Source: Nitrospinota bacterium (GTDB taxonomy: Bacteria > UBA8248). From it: a DNA stretch of 63,048 nt. The position numbers were made by a program, and so were the translations under genes. Each line of letters starts with the position of its first letter. The first letter of the stretch is position 1. Shown here in pieces: positions 1 to 7,986 of the stretch. The stretch lies in NCBI GenBank assembly GCA_030754595.1, contig JASLZZ010000013.1, positions 1 to 63,048 on the forward strand, written 5' to 3'. Below the pieces are notes generated by a model that searched no databases, was not told the origin of the DNA, and was given only the letters and a program-made list of their open reading frames with translations.

Positions 1-127
1 AATAGGTCTGCTCTGAGACCTCGGTGCGCTTGCAGGCCACAGGCACGCTCTGGCCCTGGGAAAGAAGAACTTCTGCTTCTCTCAGCTTGGATATGATCTG
101 CTCGGGTGTATGACGCTTCTTGCTCAT
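1..127 (-). CDS. IS3-family transposase OrfA, N-terminal part (cut by window edge)
   Basis: Manual translation from ATG at 127: MSKKRHTPEQIISKLREAEVLLSQGQSVPVACKRTEVSEQTY, a typical OrfA helix-turn-helix; absent from the ORF track. Confidence 0.85.
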   Translation of the reverse strand, partial: MSKKRHTPEQIISKLREAEVLLSQGQSVPVACKRTEVSEQTY

Positions 128-214
128 CTGAATCCCCCCGGGTTGGGCGGTCACACCGAAAGAATACCGAAAATACTCCCACTCAGCATGGACCGGTTTT
201 GAGGGGGAAGATCA
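1..214 (-). mobile_element. Left end of an IS3-family (IS407-like) insertion sequence, running off the window edge
   Basis: Minus strand begins TGATCTTCCCCCTCAAAACCGGTCCA at 214, an IS3-type 5'-TG inverted repeat, followed by an OrfA-like reading frame. Confidence 0.85.
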
Positions 215-397
215 GGGCGGGGAAGCGCTTGAGTGGTAGAAGAGGATGCGGTCGCCCTTTTTCATCTCCCGCATGGTGTTTCGCGCGAGGTAGTTGCGGA
301 CGCCGTCCCAGTGGTCGGTTTTACGGGGGGCGTTGAGGAGATCACTGAACGAGTAGGCCGAGGGCTCGCTTTTCATCAGCCAGTAGCGCCGCGCCAT
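212..397 (-). pseudogene. EVE-domain protein interrupted by the IS3 element
   Basis: YWLMKSEP, WDGVRNY, MKKGD..FYHS motifs of EVE proteins; stops at 61 aa on the TGA that is the first 3 nt of the IS end. Confidence 0.85.
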
Positions 398-519
398 GAG
401 GGCTTCCTAGGAGATAGATCGAATTTCACCGGAGATTTAGAGATCGACGAGCTTGAGGGTGTAAATTCGACCACCACAATGGTTGTTTTATAGATCGGAT
501 GTGCTTGATATGAAAAAAT

Positions 520-1593
520 TTATAGGTTTTCCTCGTTGGCCCTGGTCGTGTGATTTATTGAGTCTTCTTCCTGGTTTTCGGTGATGTGGCTATTTGCTGA
601 ACCGTTGGTTTGGCCATTAGCAGCGCCATTTGCGTGGAGATGGGAGGATTCTTCAGCGAGGTCGGTATCATTATCCCTCGGCTCAAAATCTGTTTCGATT
701 GGGATGATGTCGCCGCCGTGTCCTTGTTCTCCGAGGTTGATTTCCATTTCGAACTCATCAGGCTTGGGCATGTCAGTCAAGGTTTTAAATCCAAAATGCT
801 CTAGGAATTGGGGTGTTGTGCCATAGACGATTGGTTTTCCAACAACATCACGTCGTCCCAGTATTCGGATCATCTTTCGCTCGAGGAGAGTGCGAAGAAC
901 GCCGCCGCAGTCCACTCGGCGGATTTCTTCCACTTCCACTTTCGTGAGCGGTTGTTTGTAGGCGATTATAGCCAGTGTTTCGAGTCCTGCATTCGAAACG
1001 CGCCATTTTCGCTCAGCCTTGAGAAAGCGTCTTACCCACGGCGATTGTTCCAGCCGCGTGCACATTCGGAAACCCTCGGCTACCTCGACAATTTGGAGAG
1101 TGCGGTCCTTGTATTCCTCGACTAGCTCTGAAAGGAGTTTCCGGACAACCTTGGCGTTAACGTTTTCGACGCCTCGAAAAACCATCGAAATATCACGAGG
1201 ACGAAGCGGTTCATGCGAAGCAAAGAGAAGGGTTTCGACAATTTGCTTGGCCTCATTGAGATCCACGACCAGGGGTATTTCCCCGCTAATTACAGCACTC
1301 CCGTTCGCGGTGTTGTTTATCGCCGCAACGGCGATTTTGTAAGATGGAGATTCAGTTGCGTCACCAACTTTTTCGTCTGTTAGTTCGGAAGGCGTTGCGA
1401 TGAATTGTTTTTCTCCGTCCTCGGTGGTGTCGTCGAGACCGAAGACAGCTTGCTTTGGTTTGATGGATGCTTGGTTTTTTTCGATTTTGTGAATCTTTGC
1501 CTCCGGGACCGTGGAATCATTTTCTTCAAGTTCAAAAGCAGACCCCTGCGATTCACTTTTGGAATTCATGGTATTTTTTCTTGGGTTAGTCAT
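520..1593 (-). CDS. scpB: SMC-Scp complex subunit ScpB with long acidic N- and C-terminal extensions
   Basis: ETLLFAS, LETLAIIAYKQP, GKPIVYGTTPQFLEHFG motifs; overlaps the scpA stop. Confidence 0.95.
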   Translation of the reverse strand: MTNPRKNTMNSKSESQGSAFELEENDSTVPEAKIHKIEKNQASIKPKQAVFGLDDTTEDGEKQFIATPSELTDEKVGDATESPSYKIAVAAINNTANGSAVISGEIPLVVDLNEAKQIVETLLFASHEPLRPRDISMVFRGVENVNAKVVRKLLSELVEEYKDRTLQIVEVAEGFRMCTRLEQSPWVRRFLKAERKWRVSNAGLETLAIIAYKQPLTKVEVEEIRRVDCGGVLRTLLERKMIRILGRRDVVGKPIVYGTTPQFLEHFGFKTLTDMPKPDEFEMEINLGEQGHGGDIIPIETDFEPRDNDTDLAEESSHLHANGAANGQTNGSANSHITENQEEDSINHTTRANEENL

Positions 1594-2578
1594 CGTCTTT
1601 TACCGCCTTATAAATTTGTATCTCTCCAAAAATGGCGGATTGCCTTGCCAGTATCAAGTTTAGCCGTATCAGTTCCAACAGAGCGAGGAAGGTCACAGCA
1701 ATTAGAAGTCTCCTAGGGCCGGCGCCATCAAACAGTTTGTTGAATTCGACGCCCTCAGGACCAGCCTTGTCGAGTATGTCGAGAATACGTGTCAGGCGAT
1801 CGGCTACTTCAAGTTCATCCACTTCAACGAGATGAACGCCTTCTTCCCCGGCGTCTTCAATCATTTTCTGTATGGCACTGATAAGATCGAAAACTGAAAT
1901 TTCAAGGGGGGGAGGTTTTTCGATGTCAGCGGGATTCAGCATGATGCCGTCACCATTCCCGCCGCGCGGGAAAATGCAAGCCTGAACTTCTTCCGCTTGG
2001 CGGAAAACATTGCTCATACTTTTGAACTTTTGGTATTCAAGTAACTGGCGCTGAAGTTCGAGGCGAAGAGCTTCGGGGTCTTCTTCGGCGTTCTCTTCGC
2101 CTTCCTGTTGAGGAAGTAACGTGCGGCTTTTAACGTAAACTAACCAAGAAGCCATGACGAGATAATCGGATGCTATATTGATGTTCAATATTTTCATCAT
2201 CTCGATATGACGGAGGTATTGTTCTGTTATAAAGGCAATGGGAATGTCATGTATGTCGAGCTTATGTTCGCGAATGAGGTGAAGAAGAAGTTCCATGGGC
2301 CCTTCAAATACGTCAAGCTTAATATTGAAGCGTTCGTTTTTTTCGTTTGGGCGATATATGCTCTCGTCCTTCATGTTTTCGGTGGCAGAAGCTTTGAATT
2401 CAAGGGGGGGGGGTTGTTCTTCAATTATCCATGAATCGGTCATTCCAGCGGACCGGTCGGAGCCCACACCCAATTTTTCAAGGGCCACCGCCTCAAGTGG
2501 AGTAGATTCTGGGCCCGGCGCAGGATGGCCTATTGAATCTTCGGATGTATTTGTATTTTCAGGCATATCGACCACCAT
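1586..2578 (-). CDS. scpA: Segregation and condensation protein A (kleisin); start uncertain (2578 or 2638)
   Basis: FEGPMELLLHLI, IAFITEQYL, KSRTLLP, TFLALLELIR motifs; adjacent to scpB. Confidence 0.95.
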   Translation of the reverse strand: MVVDMPENTNTSEDSIGHPAPGPESTPLEAVALEKLGVGSDRSAGMTDSWIIEEQPPPLEFKASATENMKDESIYRPNEKNERFNIKLDVFEGPMELLLHLIREHKLDIHDIPIAFITEQYLRHIEMMKILNINIASDYLVMASWLVYVKSRTLLPQQEGEENAEEDPEALRLELQRQLLEYQKFKSMSNVFRQAEEVQACIFPRGGNGDGIMLNPADIEKPPPLEISVFDLISAIQKMIEDAGEEGVHLVEVDELEVADRLTRILDILDKAGPEGVEFNKLFDGAGPRRLLIAVTFLALLELIRLNLILARQSAIFGEIQIYKAVKDDD

Positions 2579-2677
2579 GGGGACGGTCCCCCTGCAAGGC
2601 GAATGGTGGGCGGAACGGCGATTCTTGCTGCTGAACAATAGGGCTTGTCGTCCTAATTTCCCCCAATACAGTGTCCC

Positions 2678-2706
2678 AGCCTAAAAAATACCGCAACACT
2701 TGTCAA
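2678..2706 (-). promoter_or_regulatory. Putative sigma70 promoter of scpAB
   Basis: Minus strand TTGACA-17 nt-TAGGCT. Confidence 0.5.
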
Positions 2707-2771
2707 TAGAAAGGTTTACGGGGAAAACTTTTATCTTGACAACAGTTTTTCTTGAGGATTATTAGGGAGGG

Positions 2772-3557
2772 GTGGTTTTCTGCTCCCAAAGGTCATTCAG
2801 AAGGATAGGGCGTGTGCCAGTGAAAAAAATTTCTTCAAGTCTCCGCAAAACAGCTGACAGGTTAGCCGTTTTTCTGGCAAGGCAAATTTTGAACGGGGAA
2901 CGCGTTTTTCATGGTGTGGCATCCTCATTGCCCTTGACGGCAGTTGCTTTGGCCAGGATGACCCTTGCACCTCAACTGACTTACCTCAATATCCCCGGGG
3001 GGGTAGATGCGCATCCATTCAAATTGCCGACGGCTACCACTGGAGCGCAGCTCAACCATGAGGCAAGTTCTGTATTTAGTCTGACTGATATTTTTGATCT
3101 TTCTTCTTGTGGTGGGCTGGATCTCGCTTTTTTGAGTGGTGCCGAAATTGACGCCCAGGGAGATATCAATCTTTCTTTCATCGGCGACACCACGAAACCG
3201 AAAGTGCGTTTTCCAGGCGGTGCGGGGAGTGCGGCTATCCTTCCCACGGCGAATCGAACAGTGCTCTGGCGGACTGTGCATGATCGACGGAGTTTTCCAG
3301 AGCGTTGCGGGTATGTCACAGCCTCTGGTTCTGTCGATAGGGTGGTTACCCCACTTTGTATTTTTCGGAGGGTAGCGGGGCGATTGTGTCTTGAGTCCCG
3401 GCATGTCGGCGTGACGGTAGAAATGATAAAGGACGCCACAGATTTTACTTTGAACTCCGTGGAAGATGTGCCTGAGACCCCCGAACCTACCGGTGATGAA
3501 ATTCTCGCCCTTGAATCAGTCGACCCTGAAGGGGTCCGGTTTAGCGAGTTTTATTAG
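2772..3557 (+). CDS. CoA-transferase-fold beta subunit (GctB/AibB-like); start may be 2814-2820
   Basis: DLAFLSGAEIDAQGDINLS, RFPGGAGS, VVTPLCIF, VDPEG motifs of family I CoA-transferase beta subunits. Confidence 0.8.
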   Translation: MVFCSQRSFRRIGRVPVKKISSSLRKTADRLAVFLARQILNGERVFHGVASSLPLTAVALARMTLAPQLTYLNIPGGVDAHPFKLPTATTGAQLNHEASSVFSLTDIFDLSSCGGLDLAFLSGAEIDAQGDINLSFIGDTTKPKVRFPGGAGSAAILPTANRTVLWRTVHDRRSFPERCGYVTASGSVDRVVTPLCIFRRVAGRLCLESRHVGVTVEMIKDATDFTLNSVEDVPETPEPTGDEILALESVDPEGVRFSEFY

Positions 3558-4502
3558 GTGAAGGTTTCAGCCCCGGATATGAGAGCCCCCCGTTTTGACG
3601 TAGTTGGAATCGGCCTGAACTCCGTGGATATTCTTTGCCGCGTGGATCGCTATCCCGATTTCAATACAAAGAAAGTTCTCCGTGGAATGGAGTGGCATGG
3701 TGGTGGACAGGCGGCTACGGCCATGGCCGCTTTGGCGCGGCTCGGTATGGAAACGGCGTTAATCGGTGCGGTTGGAGATGATGCGGAAGGAAGATTTTCG
3801 TTAACATCCCTCGTAGATGCCGGCGTGAATACAGAAAGTATGGTTGTTCAGCCGGGCTTGGCGAGTCAGTTAGCCATAATCATCGTCCAGGAGGAGGGTG
3901 ATTTGGAAGACAGGGGCGGGAGGACAATCTTATGGCGGCGGGATGTGAGTCTGCGGCCCGACGACGTGCGTGAAGATATAGTCAAATCCGCGCGAATTAT
4001 TCATGTGGACGGTCATTCGGCAGCAGCGGAAATTCGTGCGGCGAGGTGGGCGCGAGAGGCCGGAATACCGGTTTCATTCGATGCCGAGCGTGTGGTTCCG
4101 GGGACGGAGGAGCTCATATCGCTCACTGATTATCTGGTGGCGGCGGAGGACTTCCCGGCAGCACTGACCGGGTCCGTGGATTCCGAGGAGGCATTGCTGA
4201 AATTGCATGCCCTCGGCCCTCTTGTCACCGCTATGACCCTCGGTCCCCGCGGAGCACTCGCTTATGACGGAACGCACTTTTATGATTCCCCTGGGTTTCA
4301 GGTGGAAGCGGTGGACACCACCGGGGCTGGAGATGTATTTCATGCGGGTTTTATCTATGGTCTTCTTCATGAATTCGATATTCCTCGGACTCTCCAGTTC
4401 GCTAATGCATTGGCAGCGATGAGTTGCCAGGAAGTGGGGGGTAGGGCTGGACTTAGTCGTTTGGAGGAAGTCGAAAAATTTATAGCTGAACATTCCAGGT
4501 AA
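3558..4502 (+). CDS. PfkB-family carbohydrate kinase
   Basis: GGGQAATA N-terminal motif and DTTGAGDVF anion-hole motif. Confidence 0.9.
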   Translation: MKVSAPDMRAPRFDVVGIGLNSVDILCRVDRYPDFNTKKVLRGMEWHGGGQAATAMAALARLGMETALIGAVGDDAEGRFSLTSLVDAGVNTESMVVQPGLASQLAIIIVQEEGDLEDRGGRTILWRRDVSLRPDDVREDIVKSARIIHVDGHSAAAEIRAARWAREAGIPVSFDAERVVPGTEELISLTDYLVAAEDFPAALTGSVDSEEALLKLHALGPLVTAMTLGPRGALAYDGTHFYDSPGFQVEAVDTTGAGDVFHAGFIYGLLHEFDIPRTLQFANALAAMSCQEVGGRAGLSRLEEVEKFIAEHSR

Positions 4503-4543
4503 TGAGCGAATCGTGCCTGATTTTTTGGGGTTTTGGAGGAGTT

Positions 4544-5395
4544 TTGGAAAAATTTCGTGGGTTGTATTTGGCGCTAATCCTTACTTTGGCGGTGGGAGGT
4601 CCAATTGGGTGTAATGCGGATCTGCCCGAAAAATCAGTCTCCGGAATAATCCGTCTGTCTTCATCTCTTCCTTTTAAAGCGCCGAAGACAAGGACTCTTT
4701 TTATTGTTTTGGTTCCAGAAGGGGGAGGGCCTCCGCTCGCCGTCCAGCGGTTGGTTCGGGTTAAGTTTCCTTATCGGTATATCCTGACAAAAGACGATGT
4801 CATGTTCAGGGGGAAGTCTTTTTCCGGTAAAGTCCGCGTGCGTGCCCGGCTGGATGCGGATGGGCGTGCCGGGCCTCTTGTTCGGGGGGATTTTGAGGGA
4901 ATAAGGCAGGGGTTCGTCTCGATAGGCGCCAGGGATGTGGATATCCTAATCGATACGGCGGGTACCGCCGCTCCTTTAAAGGTGGCTGATAAGGCGAAGC
5001 CCCGTAAGAAGCAACCACCCGCGGCTATTTCTCAGGTCCCTCCTCCGCCAGATAATGGTCCCAAAATATCGGGAACGATCGAGGTCGCGCCTCGCCTCGC
5101 CAAAAAGGCGTCGAGGATTCCCGTTCTCTATATCGTCGCCCGGACCGAGAAGCCCGGCCCGCCGCTGGCGGTGGTGAGGGTGCCGAATCCGCGGTTTCCC
5201 CTTCCGTTTATCATTTCAAATCGCAACATCATGATGCAGGGCGGGCGCCTCGAGGGCAGGGTGCGGATCACGGCCCGCCTCGACGCGGACGGAAACGCCG
5301 ATCCCCCCCGGCCGGGGGACATGGAGGGCAGCGCCTCTGATTTGGTGGCGGTGGGCGCCAGCGGGGTGAGGATCACCGTGGACCGGGAGTTCTGA
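4544..5395 (+). CDS. Exported (possible lipo)protein with two tandem CycH/CcmI C-terminal-like domains
   Basis: TTG at 4544 after GGAGGA; hydrophobic leader ending IGC; repeated LFI..GPPLAV..FP..VRARLDADG..GD.EG units joined by a Pro-rich linker. Confidence 0.7.
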   Translation: MEKFRGLYLALILTLAVGGPIGCNADLPEKSVSGIIRLSSSLPFKAPKTRTLFIVLVPEGGGPPLAVQRLVRVKFPYRYILTKDDVMFRGKSFSGKVRVRARLDADGRAGPLVRGDFEGIRQGFVSIGARDVDILIDTAGTAAPLKVADKAKPRKKQPPAAISQVPPPPDNGPKISGTIEVAPRLAKKASRIPVLYIVARTEKPGPPLAVVRVPNPRFPLPFIISNRNIMMQGGRLEGRVRITARLDADGNADPPRPGDMEGSASDLVAVGASGVRITVDREF

Positions 5396-5643
5396 CCCCC
5401 CCTAACCCGAAAATCTCGATCCGCGCCCCGAAGCGAGCCTCCTCGCGCTTTAGCGGCATTTCCCGTCGTGACCGGCCCCGGCCGGCGCGCCCGCGGGCTC
5501 AATTTCGCCTCGCCCCACACTGGACTTGACGGGTCGATATCGCTAGATTTGATGAGTCCCATGCGGATAACGCAGCCAAAATCGCGGGCGCCCGGTAATA
5601 TTCGCCGGCGCGCTCCCGCCGCGATCAACCCGGGTGATCGGGA

Positions 5644-6561
5644 ATGCATAAGCCGGAAAATCCCAAAATACCCAGAAGGGACCTTCTTTTCGCGGGGGCA
5701 TTAATCGCCGCCGCGAAAACCCTGGAGGCGCTTGCTACGAATTTTCTATATGCCGAGACGCTCCCCGGGACAACGGCTGGCAAGGTCACCCTCTATGAGG
5801 GCGAGCTGGAGGGGAGGACGGTGATCGTCGCCGCCGTCTTCGACCCGGTAAATGACGGGATAAATCCGAAAATTCGGGCGGACGATTCCCTAGAAAGGAA
5901 AAACATCGGGGAGATGACGCTGGCCGGATTCGGGAAAACATCTTCAACGCTTCCCGGCGGTTCCGACGGAGCGATAAAAAGATATGAGCTTAACGATGGC
6001 ACAGTGGAAGCTGTTGTTTACGGATTTATCGATAAGCCGGGGACCGGTGAGGAAAAAGAATTCGTGGACATCCGGGGAACCGCCTTGTCCGGCGGCGGCA
6101 AGAAAGCCCTCTGGATCGAGAGCCCGGAAAGCGCCGATGCCGGTGGAGGCGGCTGTTTTACCGCTGACACCAGGGTAATGATGGCGGACGGCGGCTTCAA
6201 GCCCATAGCGGACATAAATTTAGGAGAGGAAGTAAGAAGCTTTGATTTTGAGGCGAACAGAGTTGTGAGCAACAAGGTAAGCAAGCTCTTTAAAGTGAGA
6301 GCGCCAAATTTCCTGATGATTAATAATCTGAAAGTCACCGGCAAGCATCCTTTCGCCGTCGGAAAAGGTGAGTGGAAATCCGCCGCGGAACTCAGGGCCG
6401 GCGACAAGGTTATCGGGAACAGCTTCACTGAAATAAAAAGCGTAAAGAGAGTTCCGAGACCGGTGGATGTCTTCAACCTGTCTGTAAATGGAACCCGGAA
6501 TTATTATGTAACCGACGGGAAGAATATTTTCCTGGTGCATAATAAGGGCGGCGACGGCTAA
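5644..6561 (+). CDS. Tat-signal protein with a C-terminal Hint (intein-like, BIL/PT-HINT type) domain
   Basis: PRRDLL twin-arginine leader; Hint Cys171 (CFTADTRVMMADG), block B VTGKHPF, VFNLSV and terminal LVHN (Asn300) followed only by KGGDG. Confidence 0.85.
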   Translation: MHKPENPKIPRRDLLFAGALIAAAKTLEALATNFLYAETLPGTTAGKVTLYEGELEGRTVIVAAVFDPVNDGINPKIRADDSLERKNIGEMTLAGFGKTSSTLPGGSDGAIKRYELNDGTVEAVVYGFIDKPGTGEEKEFVDIRGTALSGGGKKALWIESPESADAGGGGCFTADTRVMMADGGFKPIADINLGEEVRSFDFEANRVVSNKVSKLFKVRAPNFLMINNLKVTGKHPFAVGKGEWKSAAELRAGDKVIGNSFTEIKSVKRVPRPVDVFNLSVNGTRNYYVTDGKNIFLVHNKGGDG

Positions 6562-6605
6562 TCTTTTATTCGGTGAGGATGAGCGGGGTCACCCTCTAGG
6601 CGGAA

Positions 6606-7782
6606 TCACGGCAAAAACTCCAACACCGCCTCGACCGGCTTGTGGTTCGAAATTTTGACGTCCGGCACGCTCGCGCTCCGGGCGCCGAACCCATCGGAGT
6701 AAAAAACGTGGTCCGCTCGCACTTTAAACAGACCCGAGGCGAAGGTGAAACCGAAGCCCATTTCATCGAACGCGCTTTTCATGGTTTTCAATAGAACGAG
6801 AAGATCCAGGCTGTACGGGGCGGCGTTCAGATCGCCTCCCAGAACGAGCGGATCCACCCCGCCGGCGGCGATCTGGCCCAGAAACTCGAACTGGGAGCGG
6901 CGCGCGTACTCATTGGCCCGGACGTTGAGCAGCCAGTCGCGCATTGTACCCGGCCTTATCCCGACCTCCCGGAGGTTCCGGTCCCGCCACTGAATCCGGG
7001 GCGGGCAAAGGTGGGTGGTGGCGACGCGCGCCGTCTTTCCCCGCACCTTGATCTTGGCGATCAGTACGAACGTCTGGCTGCACACCCCTTTCGTCACATA
7101 GCCCGAGGTGAGCTCCAACCGGTGCGCCTCCGACAAGGGGTACCGGCTCATGATCCCGAGACCGAATTGAAAGTCCCCCAGGATCGGACCCTCATGCCAG
7201 ATCGAATGCGGATACCAGCTGCCTAACGCGGCCAGCAGCCGTGGGCGGTCCCCCTTCCTTTCATTCCCGCGCACTTCCTGAAGGAAAACGAGATCGGTGC
7301 TTCGCCTTCGCTTGAGGTAGGCGATCGCCGCCGGGCGGCGGTGGACCTTCTGGCTCAGGTTGAGCGTCAAGACGCGGAGGGTCGGCCCCGTGGCCGGGGG
7401 CAGGCTTCCTCCCGGAAGCATCCGGCTTCCGTGGGTCATGGCGAGCGAAAGAACCAGCCAGGCGGTGGGTACATACCTCTGAGTCCGGGGTGAGTTTCGC
7501 GCCGCCAGCCCCGCGATCACGCCGGCGCACGAGATATAGAGCCAGAGATGGCTCGCGAAATTAAGTTTCTAGGAAAATTCGCCGCTGGCGCGAACGTACC
7601 AGAGCAGCAGGTCGATCAGGAAAAAAAAACCACAACGCCAATAACGAGAAGGCCGATGTCCAGCCCCAAAAACCCTCCGGTTTGATTCTCCTCAACCGGG
7701 GCGCCAGCCAGGCGCGGAAGCCGCGGGGGGTTCTCTTCCATCCTCCCTGAAGCTCCCTGATCGGTCTTTGAGGCCGACTCAT
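6606..7782 (-). pseudogene. Membrane-anchored endonuclease/exonuclease/phosphatase (EEP) family gene with a broken 5' part
   Basis: LRVLTLN, FLQEV, THL, GGDLN, DHVF, SNH motifs in 6606-7520; upstream hydrophobic segment cut off by in-frame TAG (7569-7571) and a frameshift at the A9/T9 run (7621-7629). Confidence 0.7.
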
Positions 7783-7986
7783 TTACCGAAGCCCCTTCCT
7801 TCATTTTGGCGGGCGTTTTTCGGAGCCGCCACCGGGCAGTGACCTCCCTCCAATAGTTGTACCACTCCCTATGGGAATCCGGCTTCAAAACCTTTCATCC
7901 GAGATGGACGCGGTGAGGATATATGTCCGCAGGGCCGAGTTCACCGGCCACGCGAGATCGGCCGCCCGAGGGTTAATTTACCGGGC

